DNA of 64,000 nucleotides. Source: an uncultured Pelagibacteraceae bacterium (GTDB lineage: Bacteria > Pseudomonadota > Alphaproteobacteria > Pelagibacterales > Pelagibacteraceae). The notes under the pieces were generated by a model. It was not told the origin of the DNA and ran no database searches. It saw nothing but the letters and a program-made list of their open reading frames with translations. A program made the position numbers and the translations under genes. The stretch spans positions 164 through 64,163 of the forward strand of contig CACJFA010000002.1 in NCBI GenBank assembly GCA_902592545.1. The letters run 5' to 3'. Every line of letters starts with the position of its first letter. The stretch's first letter is position 1. This document shows, piece by piece, positions 48,523 through 58,808 of this stretch.

Positions 48523-49248
48523 ATGGCAGGACATTCACATTGGGCAGGAATAAAACATAAAAAAGGTAAGGCTGACAAGCAAAGATCAAAGATATTTTCA
48601 AAATTATCTAAAGAGATTACTGTTGCGGCAAAACTTGGTGACAAAGATCCAGCAATGAACCCTAGACTAAGATCTGCAGTACAGGCTGCTAGATCTGCAA
48701 ATATGCCTAAGGATAATATTGAAAGAGCAATAGACAAATCTTCTGCAGCTACAGGAGCAAATTTTGAAAATTTAAGATACGAGGGGTTTGGACCAGAAAA
48801 GATTGCTGTTATAGTTGAAACTTTAACAGACAACAAAAATAGGACCGCATCAAATATTAGAACTATTTTTCAAAAAAGTGGTGGGAGCTTAGGAACTCAA
48901 GGTTCAGCATCTCACAATTTTCAACAATTGGGTATAATCAAAATTGATAAAAAAGAGATATCTGATGAAAAAATTTTAGATTTAGCGATTGAATCAGGAG
49001 CTGATGAATGTTTCTCTTACGAGGATTATCATGAGGTCCAGTGTCAAATGAGCGAGATATATAATGTAAAAAAAAATCTTGAGAAAATTATTGTGAATTT
49101 TATTTCTACAGAAATTGAATGGGTCTCGTTAAATAGTGTTGAAGTAAATAAAGATAATAAAGATAGTGTAGTAGATTTTTTAGAAACTCTTGAGGAAGAT
49201 GACGATGTTCAGAACGTTTATTCAAACGTTAATTTAGGTGGTATTTAA
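48523..49248 (+). CDS. yebC: YebC/PmpR family protein
   Basis: MAGHSHWAGIKHKK, NMPKDNIERAI, YEGFGP, TDNKNRT, DDDVQNVYSN. Confidence 0.94.
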   Translation: MAGHSHWAGIKHKKGKADKQRSKIFSKLSKEITVAAKLGDKDPAMNPRLRSAVQAARSANMPKDNIERAIDKSSAATGANFENLRYEGFGPEKIAVIVETLTDNKNRTASNIRTIFQKSGGSLGTQGSASHNFQQLGIIKIDKKEISDEKILDLAIESGADECFSYEDYHEVQCQMSEIYNVKKNLEKIIVNFISTEIEWVSLNSVEVNKDNKDSVVDFLETLEEDDDVQNVYSNVNLGGI

Positions 49249-49742
49249 TGATGATTATTGGAATTGATCCAGGCATCTCAGGTTCAATCTGTTTTTTTCA
49301 AGATGGTATAATAAAAGATGTAATTGAAATGCCAACCATGACAGATGGTAAGAGGAACAAAAGACAAGTAAATGGTGCTCAAATATTTAATGAAATTAAT
49401 GAAAGGATAAACAAATTTGATAAAAAAAACATAAAAGTTGTAATTGAACAAGTTTCTGCAATGCCTGGACAAGGCGTTACCAGTATGTTTAATTTTGGTC
49501 AATCTTTTGGTATTTTAAAGGGAATATGTAGCGCAATGCATTTACCTGTTTATTATGTCAGGCCTGCAAAGTGGAAAAAATATTTTAATCTTATTAATTC
49601 AGAAAAAGATGCGAGCAGAACAAGAGCTATTGAAATTTTTCCATATTTTTCATCACAATTGTCAAAAAAAAAAGATAACAACAAGGCAGATGCTATTCTA
49701 ATAGCTAGTTTTTTCTACGAAACTTATCAAAAAGAAGAATAA
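49248..49742 (+). CDS. RuvC-family Holliday junction resolvase, atypical (MOC1/phage-like)
   Basis: IIGIDPG, VIEQV, F.FG..FG, P.KWKK, KADAILIA; syntenic with the ruvC position after yebC. Confidence 0.75.
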   Translation: MMIIGIDPGISGSICFFQDGIIKDVIEMPTMTDGKRNKRQVNGAQIFNEINERINKFDKKNIKVVIEQVSAMPGQGVTSMFNFGQSFGILKGICSAMHLPVYYVRPAKWKKYFNLINSEKDASRTRAIEIFPYFSSQLSKKKDNNKADAILIASFFYETYQKEE

Positions 49743-49795
49743 TCAATTTAAATTAAAAGACAAATTCATGACACATTTACGTGTGATGAGTAACC

Positions 49796-50470
49796 ATGGA
49801 AGCAGATATAGCAGCAAAAGCAGTTGAATTAGGAACAAATACTGATTTTTCATTATTCAGCTTATTTTTTAGAGCAGACATAATTGTTAAGTCTGTGATG
49901 ATTATATTAATATTGTGCTCAATATATTCTTGGGCTGTAATTATTGAAAAGTTTCGTTTATTTAAAAAAATAACTAAATCTTCAGAGGAATTTGAAGAAA
50001 AATTCTGGAATTCTAAATCTGCTGAAACTTTTTACAATAGTTTACCTAGTAAACTTGAGGATCCAATGTCACTTGTGTTTCAAGATGCAATGGAAGGATT
50101 GCTTAAAAAAAAATCAAGAACCAACATTAGTGAGAGAATGAGCGCATCTTTAGAATCTGGAATTGAAAAACAAATGACAAAAATTGAAAAAGGTTTTACT
50201 TTTTTGGCAACAGTAGGCTCAACTGCACCATTTATTGGATTGTTTGGAACTGTTTGGGGAATTATGAATTCTTTTCAATCTATAGCTATTTCAAGAAACA
50301 CAAGTCTTGCGATAGTTGCGCCAGGAATAGCCGAAGCTTTATTTGCAACTGCACTTGGTCTATTGGCTGCAATACCAGCAGTAGTGGCATACAATAAATT
50401 TAATAATGATGCCAAAAAATATTCAGAAAAATTAGAAAATTTTTCAAAAAGATTTTTAACAATTATTTAA
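49796..50470 (+). CDS. tolQ: Tol-Pal protein TolQ
   Basis: LATVGSTAPFIGLFGTVWGIM, VAPGIAEALFATALGL.AAIPAV. Confidence 0.93.
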   Translation: MEADIAAKAVELGTNTDFSLFSLFFRADIIVKSVMIILILCSIYSWAVIIEKFRLFKKITKSSEEFEEKFWNSKSAETFYNSLPSKLEDPMSLVFQDAMEGLLKKKSRTNISERMSASLESGIEKQMTKIEKGFTFLATVGSTAPFIGLFGTVWGIMNSFQSIAISRNTSLAIVAPGIAEALFATALGLLAAIPAVVAYNKFNNDAKKYSEKLENFSKRFLTII

Positions 50471-50887
50471 ATGGCATTTAAATTAAATCGTTCTTCTAAA
50501 GAACCAATGAGTGAAATAAATGTTACTCCTTTTGTGGATGTAATGCTTGTATTGTTAATAATTTTTATGGTTACAGCACCGTTGTTAACTGTTGGCGTTC
50601 AAGTTGATTTACCAGAAAGTTCAGCAGACTCTTTGCCAGAAGAGACAGAACCTTTAACACTTTCAATTAATGCAAAAGGTGAAATTTTTATTCAAGAAGC
50701 AAAAGTTGAATACGATAATATTATTGCAAAGGTTTTAGCGGTTTCAAAAAATAGAACTGATACCAGAATTTATGTTAGAGGTGATAAAACTATAAATTAT
50801 GGAAGAGTTTTAGAAATAATGGGATTACTGTCAGGATCTGGTTTTACTAAAGTAGCATTGATTTCAGAACCATATAAACAAAGGTAA
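50471..50887 (+). CDS. tolR: Tol-Pal protein TolR
   Basis: SEINVTPFVDVMLVLLIIFMVTAP, RGD...YG. Confidence 0.93.
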   Translation: MAFKLNRSSKEPMSEINVTPFVDVMLVLLIIFMVTAPLLTVGVQVDLPESSADSLPEETEPLTLSINAKGEIFIQEAKVEYDNIIAKVLAVSKNRTDTRIYVRGDKTINYGRVLEIMGLLSGSGFTKVALISEPYKQR

Positions 50888-50892
50888 TTAAA

Positions 50893-51756
50893 GTGAATAG
50901 AAGTTTAATTATTTCTTCTGTTTTACATGCTTTGTTAATTTTCATTACAGCTATGAGCTTACCTTTTTTGGCAAAGAAACCACTTGATATTCCACCAATA
51001 GTATCAGTTGAGCTAATTCAAATAGCAGAAAAAACTAATATTCCATTTGCACCTAAGGCTAAAAAAATAATTGAGAAAGTAAAAGAGAAAGAAAAAAAAC
51101 TTGTTTCAGAACAAGCTCCACCAAAAAAAGTAGAAAAAACGAAAACAAAAACTGTTCTGGCTCCTGATCAAAATAATAAAAAAATAGAGAATGAAACACC
51201 CGAGGCAATTCCACTTCCAGATAAAACTTTAAAAAAGGTTGAAACAAAAGAGGAAAAAAAACAAAATCCTGAAAAAGTAGATGATGAAGTTAAACAAGTA
51301 TCAGAATTTGAAAAAAAAGATTTGTTTGATCCAAATAATATTGCTGCTTTAATTGATAAATCAAAAGAAGAGAGTGCAGAAGTTTTAAAAACAAATGATG
51401 ACATTACTCAAGATCAAGAAAGAAATGTAGAAAACACAGGTCTTACACTAGGCGAAGAGGATGCTCTTAAGGCACAAATATTTGGGTGCTGGAGTATTCC
51501 ATTAGGATTACCATACAATGAAAATTTATTAGTAAGAATAAAGTTAAAATTAAAACCTGATGGAACAGTATCAAAAACTGAAATTTTGGACCATGCAAGA
51601 ATGAATAAACCAGGCCAAGGATTTTACAAGGTTTTAGCAGAAAGTGCTTTGAGAGCTGTCAAGTTATGTCAACCATTAAGAGTTCCAACAACTGGATATG
51701 AAAGATGGAAAGAATTACAGTTAAATTTTGATGCAAGAGAGATGTTAGAAGGGTAG
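50893..51756 (+). CDS. tolA: Tol-Pal protein TolA
   Basis: N-terminal TM with S..LH motif, K/E/P-rich linker, C-terminal CWSIP..AESALRAV..CQP domain. Confidence 0.85.
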   Translation: MNRSLIISSVLHALLIFITAMSLPFLAKKPLDIPPIVSVELIQIAEKTNIPFAPKAKKIIEKVKEKEKKLVSEQAPPKKVEKTKTKTVLAPDQNNKKIENETPEAIPLPDKTLKKVETKEEKKQNPEKVDDEVKQVSEFEKKDLFDPNNIAALIDKSKEESAEVLKTNDDITQDQERNVENTGLTLGEEDALKAQIFGCWSIPLGLPYNENLLVRIKLKLKPDGTVSKTEILDHARMNKPGQGFYKVLAESALRAVKLCQPLRVPTTGYERWKELQLNFDAREMLEG

Positions 51757-51768
51757 TATATTTATTAA

Positions 51769-53109
51769 ATGACAAAAAAAATTTTAATATTATTATTTAT
51801 ATTAATACCTATAAATGCAAATGCTTTAATTGAAGTTGATATAACTAGGGGAAATTTAAATCCACTTCCATTAGCAGTTTCTCCTCTATCAATTGATGAA
51901 GAATCTAGAAAAGGTTTTGAAAAAATACTTAAAAAAGAAAATATTGGCTCCGAGATATCAAATATCGTTGAGAATAATTTGAGAACCTCGGGATTATTTA
52001 ATCCTCTAGACAAAAAGGCTTTTTTACAAGCTCCTGATATTGCAAATTTAAAACCAAGATTTGAAGATTGGAATTTAATTAAAGCTCAAGCACTTATTAC
52101 TGGCAAAGTAAATTATGTTGACGATAAATTAAGAGTTGAGTTTCGATTATGGGACGTTTTAGCTGCTAAAGAAATGATGGCTTTAGCTTTTACCACAGTT
52201 CCTAACAATTGGAGAAGAGTAGGGCATATTATTTCTGATAAAGTTTATGAAAGGCTGACTGGAGAAAAAGGATATTTTGATACAAGAATAATTTATGTCT
52301 CAGAAGAGGGACCTAAAACACAAAGAATAAAAAAATTAGCAATCATGGATCAAGACGGAGCTAATAATAAATTTTTGACATTAGGCAATGAATTAGTTTT
52401 AACACCAAGATTTAACCCAGCAAGCCAAATGGTAACTTATTTGTCTTACTTTAAAAATATGCCAAGAGTTTATATATTAGATATTGAAACTGGAACACAA
52501 GAAGTAGTTGGAGATTTTCCAGGAATGACGTTTGCGCCACGTTTTTCCCCTGATGGTAAAAAAATAATTATGAGTTTTGCTAAAGACGGAAAGTCAGATA
52601 TTTACACTATGGATTTAGAAAATAGAATTGTTGAAAAAATTACCAATCATCCATCAATTGACACTTCCCCATCTTATTCTCCTGATGGAAAATATATTAC
52701 ATTTAATTCTGATAGAAGTGGTTATCAGCAAATTTATGTAATGAAGAATGACGGAAGTGATGTAAAAAGAATTTCTTTTGGTAACGGTTTATATGGAACA
52801 CCTGTATGGTCTCCGAGAGGAGATTTAATTGCATTTACAAAATTACATAAAGGTAAATTTTATATAGGCGTAATGAGAACCGATGGTAGTGGTGAAAGAT
52901 TGTTAACTGAAAATTATTATCAAGAGGCACCATCCTGGTCTCCAAATGGAAGGGTACTAATATTTTATAGAGAGACAAAAACCAACTCCAAAGGAGAAGG
53001 CTTTTCAGCAAAATTGTGGTCTATAGATTTAACGGGTTATAATGAACGCCAAATTAAGACACCAACAGATGCTTCAGACCCATCATGGTCATCTTTATTA
53101 AGCAATTAA
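51769..53109 (+). CDS. tolB: Tol-Pal beta-propeller protein TolB
   Basis: Signal peptide, [15 protein letters not shown], repeated P.[FW]SPDG. Confidence 0.94.
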   Translation: MTKKILILLFILIPINANALIEVDITRGNLNPLPLAVSPLSIDEESRKGFEKILKKENIGSEISNIVENNLRTSGLFNPLDKKAFLQAPDIANLKPRFEDWNLIKAQALITGKVNYVDDKLRVEFRLWDVLAAKEMMALAFTTVPNNWRRVGHIISDKVYERLTGEKGYFDTRIIYVSEEGPKTQRIKKLAIMDQDGANNKFLTLGNELVLTPRFNPASQMVTYLSYFKNMPRVYILDIETGTQEVVGDFPGMTFAPRFSPDGKKIIMSFAKDGKSDIYTMDLENRIVEKITNHPSIDTSPSYSPDGKYITFNSDRSGYQQIYVMKNDGSDVKRISFGNGLYGTPVWSPRGDLIAFTKLHKGKFYIGVMRTDGSGERLLTENYYQEAPSWSPNGRVLIFYRETKTNSKGEGFSAKLWSIDLTGYNERQIKTPTDASDPSWSSLLSN

Positions 53110-53207
53110 GAGATTAATTTTTGTTAATTTCTTGATTTTTATACTTGAAACCTCTATTTAGTTGTGAAAAAGTTAAGAAATTGAAATTAGCAGCAAGGAG
53201 CAATTTA

Positions 53208-53699
53208 ATGAGATTAAACAAAATTTTAAAAAACACACTTTTAGTATTAACAGCTTGCCTGGTGCTATCTGCATGTGCAACTAAAAAAGAAGTGGCAACA
53301 GACATTCAAGGTCAAATGCAAGGTGATGTTTATACTGGAACAGACACAGTTAAATATTTAGCTGATGGTGTTCCGGACAGAGTTTTCTTTGCAACAAACG
53401 AGTCGATATTAACAACTGCATCTAGAGAAACTTTAAGAGCCCAAGCAGCATGGTTAAGAAAAAATCCAGGTATTAATGTAGTACTTGAAGGTCATGCTGA
53501 TGAAAGAGGAACTAGAGAATATAACTTAGCGCTTGGAGAAAGAAGAGCAAATGCAGCTAAAGACTATTTAATGACTTATGGAATATCTTCAGACAGAATT
53601 ACTGTTTTAAGTTACGGTAAAGAGAGACCAGTTGACTCTGGTTCAAACCCACTAGCTTGGTCAAAAAACAGAAGATCAGTAACTGTTAAAGCAAATTAA
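53208..53699 (+). CDS. pal: Peptidoglycan-associated lipoprotein Pal
   Basis: ATG 53208 preceded by SD AAGGAG; lipobox LSAC; EGHADERGTREYNLALGERRA, SYGKERP. Confidence 0.94.
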   Translation: MRLNKILKNTLLVLTACLVLSACATKKEVATDIQGQMQGDVYTGTDTVKYLADGVPDRVFFATNESILTTASRETLRAQAAWLRKNPGINVVLEGHADERGTREYNLALGERRANAAKDYLMTYGISSDRITVLSYGKERPVDSGSNPLAWSKNRRSVTVKAN

Positions 53700-53711
53700 T
53701 TATTTAAAATT

Positions 53712-53752
53712 AAAGACCCTAAATCTATTAAAGGTTTTGGGGTCTTTTTTTT
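53712..53752 (+). terminator. Intrinsic terminator after pal
   Basis: AAAGACCC...GGGTCTTT inverted repeat running into T8. Confidence 0.75.
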
Positions 53753-53782
53753 GCCATTTTTATAATCATAAATCTAATTTAA

Positions 53783-54790
53783 ATGATGCTCATATTTAAA
53801 TTAGTAATTTTAAAATTATTTTTAATCTTAAATTTGTTTTTTATTAATATTTCTTTTGCAGATAACCATAATATTTATGAAGCATTAGAAATAATAAAAA
53901 GTGATCTTAAAACCCTTGAAAGAGCTGTTTATTCTGGATCTATTGAAGTGAAAGCAAGTACTAATGATAGTTCAGCCTCAGACTTAGATAAAAATTCAGA
54001 AGATGTTTTAACTAGACATTTATTAAAATTATCTGAAGTTGAGAATCAATTTAGAGAACTTACTAATAAATTTGAAGAAATAAATTTTAAGTTGGATAAA
54101 TTGTCTACCCGTGTTTCGAAAATTCAAGCAGATAATCAAATAAGATTTCAAGATATAGAGACCAACATTAGCTCTGGAAATATAAGTAGCATAGAAAATC
54201 AATTAAGTTCAAAACCAAAGACAGATGAACAAAAAGTTTTACCTGGTAGTTCACAGCCCCAAGATTTAGGAACAATTTCATATAAAGATACAGAGACAAA
54301 CGAAACTTCACAACAAATTCAATCTGTAGATACTACAGCTTCAATTGTAACAGAAACTTTTCAGTCTGAAGAAAAAATACTTCCTCAAGATTTAAATCCA
54401 GTGGAGCAATATGAATTTGCAACAAGTTTTTTAAAAGTTGGAGACTACAGTACAGCGGAAAGAGCTTTTAGAGAATTTGTTTTATCCAACCCTGATCATG
54501 AGTTAGCGGGTAGTGCACAATACTGGTATGCTGAAACATTCAGAATAAGACAATTATATACTGATGCAGCTTCTGCTTATTTAGAGGGTTACCAAAAATA
54601 TCCTCAGGGAAAAAAAGCTCCAATTAATCTATTAAAACTTGGAGTATCAATGGTTCAAATTGGTGAAAAAGACCAAGGATGTAAAATGATAAATGGTGTA
54701 GAATTACAATATCCTAATGCAAATCAGTCTGTAATACAAAAAGCAAAATATGAGTCCAAAAAATTTGAATGCATCAAACAAGACTCATAA
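53783..54790 (+). CDS. cpoB: Cell division coordinator CpoB (YbgF)
   Basis: Signal peptide, coiled coil, C-terminal TPR AQYWYAE..KAPINLLKLG; follows pal. Confidence 0.88.
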   Translation: MMLIFKLVILKLFLILNLFFINISFADNHNIYEALEIIKSDLKTLERAVYSGSIEVKASTNDSSASDLDKNSEDVLTRHLLKLSEVENQFRELTNKFEEINFKLDKLSTRVSKIQADNQIRFQDIETNISSGNISSIENQLSSKPKTDEQKVLPGSSQPQDLGTISYKDTETNETSQQIQSVDTTASIVTETFQSEEKILPQDLNPVEQYEFATSFLKVGDYSTAERAFREFVLSNPDHELAGSAQYWYAETFRIRQLYTDAASAYLEGYQKYPQGKKAPINLLKLGVSMVQIGEKDQGCKMINGVELQYPNANQSVIQKAKYESKKFECIKQDS

Positions 54791-55778
54791 GTTTTTATTA
54801 AATCAATTAAAAGATAAACAAATTTCTAAAATTTATAAAAAATTTGAAAAAAATCTTAAACTTAACGAGGATTTTATAGTTGCGGTTTCTGGTGGTTCAG
54901 ACAGTCTAGCTTTATGTTTTTTATCAAAAATTTATTCGATTAAAAAACATCTAAAAGTAAAATATTTTCATGTTGATCATAAACTAAGAAATAATTCAAC
55001 AAAAGAGGCGAAATTTGTAAAATTGCTTCTAAAAAAATTGTCTACTAATCTTGAGATTTTAACCTGGGTTGGAAAAAAACCAAGAAGTAACATCCAATCT
55101 ATCGCTAGAGATAAAAGATATGCACTAATGATAAACAGGGCAAAAAAATTAAAAATAAATAATATTTTATTAGGTCACCATAAGGATGATTTAATAGAGA
55201 ATTTTTTTATTAGAATTTTAAGAGGCAGCGGTTTAAATGGTATTGTGTCATTTGATCAAAGAACCAACCTACAAAAAATTAATTTGATTAGACCTTTGTT
55301 AAAATTTTCTAAAAAAAATTTAGAACATATTACCAAAAAAGTTTTTAAAAATTATGTTGAAGATCCTTCAAATAAAAATGATGAATTTAAAAGAGTAAAA
55401 ATAAGAAATTTTATAAAAAACTTGGAATTAGAGGGATTGGATAATGACAAATTTAATCTTACCATAAAAAATTTAAGATTTGCTAACGAGTCAATTAAAT
55501 ACTTTGTAGAAAAAAATTTAAAGGACAATTCAACAATTTCAAATATTAATAAGTTTGTTATTTTGAATAAAAATTTTTTTCTTCAACCAGAAGAAGTAGT
55601 TTTTAGGTCTTTAACAGAAGTGTTAAAAGGTGTTGGCAAAAAATATTACCCTGTAAGAGGAAAAAAAATTGATAACTTAATTTATCGAATTAAAAATGAT
55701 AACTCATTCATGACCACTTTAGGAAACTGTGTAATAAAGAAGGTAAATAATTCAGTTATAGTATCAAAAGAGCGTTAA
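54750..55778 (+). CDS. tilS: tRNA(Ile)-lysidine synthetase
   Basis: AVSGGSDS, VDHKLR, AR..RY, GHH.DD..E, RGSG, IRPLL, EDPSN. Confidence 0.92.
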   Translation: MSPKNLNASNKTHKFLLNQLKDKQISKIYKKFEKNLKLNEDFIVAVSGGSDSLALCFLSKIYSIKKHLKVKYFHVDHKLRNNSTKEAKFVKLLLKKLSTNLEILTWVGKKPRSNIQSIARDKRYALMINRAKKLKINNILLGHHKDDLIENFFIRILRGSGLNGIVSFDQRTNLQKINLIRPLLKFSKKNLEHITKKVFKNYVEDPSNKNDEFKRVKIRNFIKNLELEGLDNDKFNLTIKNLRFANESIKYFVEKNLKDNSTISNINKFVILNKNFFLQPEEVVFRSLTEVLKGVGKKYYPVRGKKIDNLIYRIKNDNSFMTTLGNCVIKKVNNSVIVSKER

Positions 55779-55806
55779 AGTTGATGAAATAACTGATATT
55801 TTGTCA

Positions 55807-55834
55807 CTTGTTAATTTAATAATAATTCTTATTT
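55807..55834 (+). promoter_or_regulatory. Candidate RpoH (sigma32) promoter for ftsH
   Basis: CTTG-N17-CTTATTT matches the alphaproteobacterial RpoH consensus CTTG-N17-CYTATNT; 7 nt upstream of the ATG. Confidence 0.55.
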
Positions 55835-55841
55835 TAAACCT

Positions 55842-57749
55842 ATGAATTTAAAAAATCTAGCTATGTGGGGAATTATAGTTTTTTTAACTATAGGACTTTA
55901 TAACATGTTTAAAAATCCTCAGTCTAATATTAGAGGTGGAAATCAAATAATATTTTCAGATTTTTTAAATTCAGTTGAAAATGGCGAGGTTCTAAAAGTT
56001 GAGATCCAAGGAAATAACATTAAAGGTGTTTATTCAAACGGAAATTCTTTCTCAACCTATGCTCCTAATGACCCAAATCTAATAGAAAAATTATCTGAGA
56101 AAGGTGTAAGTATTTCAGCAGCACCTCTAGAGGAAAAAATGCCTTCATTGTTTGGTGTGCTCTTATCATGGTTTCCTATGTTACTGCTTATTGCAGTATG
56201 GATTTTCTTTATGAGACAAATGCAAGGTGGAAAAGGTGGAGCGATGGGTTTTGGCAAATCAAAAGCAAAAATGATGAACGAACTAAAAGGAAAAGTTACG
56301 TTTAACGATGTTGCTGGTGTAGAGGAAGCTAAAGAGGAAGTAGAAGAAATAGTAGAATTTTTAAAAGATCCAAAAAAATTTAGTAGGTTAGGTGGAAAAA
56401 TACCAAGAGGCGCTTTGCTTGTTGGTCCTCCAGGAACTGGTAAAACCTTATTAGCTAGAGCAATTGCAGGTGAAGCGGGTGTTCCGTTCTTTACTATTTC
56501 AGGTTCTGATTTTGTAGAAATGTTCGTTGGAGTAGGGGCATCCAGAGTAAGAGATATGTTTGAACAAGGTAAAAAAAACTCTCCATGTATAATTTTTATT
56601 GATGAAATTGATGCTGTTGGAAGAAGCAGAGGAGCTGGTTTAGGTGGTGGAAATGATGAAAGAGAACAAACATTAAATCAGCTATTAGTTGAAATGGATG
56701 GTTTTGACACTAATGAAGGTGTTATTATTATTGCCGCAACAAACAGACCAGATGTGCTTGATCCAGCTTTGTTGCGACCAGGAAGATTTGATAGACAGGT
56801 AGTAGTTTCAAATCCAGATATTATTGGAAGAGAAAAAATTTTAAAAGTTCATGTGAAAAAAATAAAAATGGCACCAGATGTCAATTTAAGAACAATAGCA
56901 AGAGGAACACCAGGTTTTTCAGGAGCTGATCTTGCAAATCTGGTTAATGAAGCAGCTTTGTTAGCAGCAAGAAAAAATAAAAGGATTGTAACATTATTAG
57001 AATTTGAAGAAGCCAAAGATAAAGTAATGATGGGTGCTGAAAGACGATCAATGGTTATGACTGAAGATGAGAAAAAACTTACAGCATACCATGAAGGAGG
57101 TCATGCTTTAGTATCGTTTAATATGCCAAGTTATGATCCAATCCATAAAGCAACTATTATCCCAAGAGGCAGAGCCCTTGGAATGGTAATGAATTTACCA
57201 GAGAGAGATAAACATGGTTACTCAATTAAATATCTTAAGGCAAGATTGGCAGTTTGTTTTGGGGGTAGAGTCGCTGAAGAATTAATTTTTGGAAAAGACA
57301 ATATATCTACAGGCGCAGGTGGTGGAAGTGGTTCAGATATTAACCAGGCTACACAACTTGCAAGAGCTATGGTGACAAAATACGGTATGAGCGAGGAAAT
57401 GGGTCCAGTAGAGTATGGGGAAAATCAAGAAGAAGTATTTTTAGGAAGATCGGTTACTCAAACTCAATCTGTTTCAGAGGAAGTTGCTCAAAAAATTGAT
57501 AAAGAAATAAGAAAACTTGTTGACGAAGGGTATAATCAAGCTAAAAAAATTTTGACAGAAAAAATTGACGATTTACATAAAATCGCTAAAGCTCTTATAA
57601 CTTACGAAACATTAACAGGTGAAGAAATAGAGAATATAATTAATAAAAATTTATATCCAAAGGATAAAATATTAGAAAATCCAGAGTCAAAAGATGATCA
57701 AGACTCAGCTTTAGGTGCTATGGGTTTAAAACCAAAAATTGTTCATTAA
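55842..57749 (+). CDS. ftsH: ATP-dependent zinc metalloprotease FtsH
   Basis: Two TMs, [35 protein letters not shown]. Confidence 0.97.
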   Translation: MNLKNLAMWGIIVFLTIGLYNMFKNPQSNIRGGNQIIFSDFLNSVENGEVLKVEIQGNNIKGVYSNGNSFSTYAPNDPNLIEKLSEKGVSISAAPLEEKMPSLFGVLLSWFPMLLLIAVWIFFMRQMQGGKGGAMGFGKSKAKMMNELKGKVTFNDVAGVEEAKEEVEEIVEFLKDPKKFSRLGGKIPRGALLVGPPGTGKTLLARAIAGEAGVPFFTISGSDFVEMFVGVGASRVRDMFEQGKKNSPCIIFIDEIDAVGRSRGAGLGGGNDEREQTLNQLLVEMDGFDTNEGVIIIAATNRPDVLDPALLRPGRFDRQVVVSNPDIIGREKILKVHVKKIKMAPDVNLRTIARGTPGFSGADLANLVNEAALLAARKNKRIVTLLEFEEAKDKVMMGAERRSMVMTEDEKKLTAYHEGGHALVSFNMPSYDPIHKATIIPRGRALGMVMNLPERDKHGYSIKYLKARLAVCFGGRVAEELIFGKDNISTGAGGGSGSDINQATQLARAMVTKYGMSEEMGPVEYGENQEEVFLGRSVTQTQSVSEEVAQKIDKEIRKLVDEGYNQAKKILTEKIDDLHKIAKALITYETLTGEEIENIINKNLYPKDKILENPESKDDQDSALGAMGLKPKIVH

Positions 57750-57755
57750 CAACTA

Positions 57756-58808
57756 ATGCAAAGATATTACACAAGAGCGTGTAATTTCTACTTTGGCAAT
57801 CAATCTAAAAATTTAGTAAATAAAAAAAAATCTATTCCGTTACATCAGATTAAAGAAATATCTTTTGACCATGTAGAGATTATTACAAGAAAAAAGATCA
57901 GAAGAATTTCTATAAATCAAGTCAAGAAATTACCAAATAACTTAAAAAAAAAAATAAATGCAGATATTAAAAAAATAAATTCAAAAAAGATAAATTTTTC
58001 TAATTTTAATTTTAAAAAAATTCCAAATATTTTAGGAGTATTAAATCTTACACCCGACAGTTTTTCAGATGGAGGAAAATTTAATAAAAAAAATAAGGGC
58101 ATCAATCATGCTATTAGTTTATACAAAAGTGGTGCATCTATAATAGATGTTGGTGGAGAGTCTACAAAACCAGGATCGAAGTCTGTACATGAAAAGCAAG
58201 AATGGAATAGAATTAATAAGATATTAAAATCAATTGTAAAAAAAATACCAATATCTTTAGATACAAGAAAGTCTAGAATTATGGAAAATGGTATTAGGAT
58301 GGGAGTTAAACTGATAAATGATGTTTCAGGTTTTAGTTATGATCCCAAAACAATAAATGTTTTAAAAAAGTATAAAATTCCATTTGTAATACAACATTCA
58401 GTTGGGACACCAGAAAATATGCAAAAGAAAGCGAAATATAAAAATGAATTATTAGATATATATGATTATTTTGAAGATAAGATTAAGTTAATAAGGTCTA
58501 AGGGTATTAAACACAATAATATAATTTTAGATCCTGGAATTGGATTTGGAAAAAATTTGAAACATAATATGAATCTTATAAGAGGTGTTTCTATTTTTCA
58601 TTCATTAGGTTTTCCTATACTAGTAGGGAATTCAAGAAAAAGATTTATTAAAGATATATCAAAAAAAAATGATAGCAAAACAAGAATCGGTGGAACTATG
58701 GCCTCTTCAATATATCTTTTAATGCAAGGAATTCAGATTTTAAGAATTCATGATGTTAATGAAGTTAAGCAAGGTATTAAAGTTTTTAACGAGATAGTAA
58801 AAAATTAA
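57756..58808 (+). CDS. folP: Dihydropteroate synthase with N-terminal extension
   Basis: GVLNLTPDSFSDGG, DVGGESTKPG, SLDT, INDVSG, LDPGIGFGK, SRKRF, RIHDV. Confidence 0.93.
   Translation: MQRYYTRACNFYFGNQSKNLVNKKKSIPLHQIKEISFDHVEIITRKKIRRISINQVKKLPNNLKKKINADIKKINSKKINFSNFNFKKIPNILGVLNLTPDSFSDGGKFNKKNKGINHAISLYKSGASIIDVGGESTKPGSKSVHEKQEWNRINKILKSIVKKIPISLDTRKSRIMENGIRMGVKLINDVSGFSYDPKTINVLKKYKIPFVIQHSVGTPENMQKKAKYKNELLDIYDYFEDKIKLIRSKGIKHNNIILDPGIGFGKNLKHNMNLIRGVSIFHSLGFPILVGNSRKRFIKDISKKNDSKTRIGGTMASSIYLLMQGIQILRIHDVNEVKQGIKVFNEIVKN

Noticed and set aside
53106-53127. TTAA repeats upstream of pal as a CtrA box
   Set aside because: Spacings are 4 and 6 nt, not the TTAA-N7-TTAA consensus, and TTAA is frequent in this genome.
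53145-53207. Upstream TTG start for pal
   Set aside because: ATG 53208 has an SD (AAGGAG) and gives a normal lipoprotein signal peptide.
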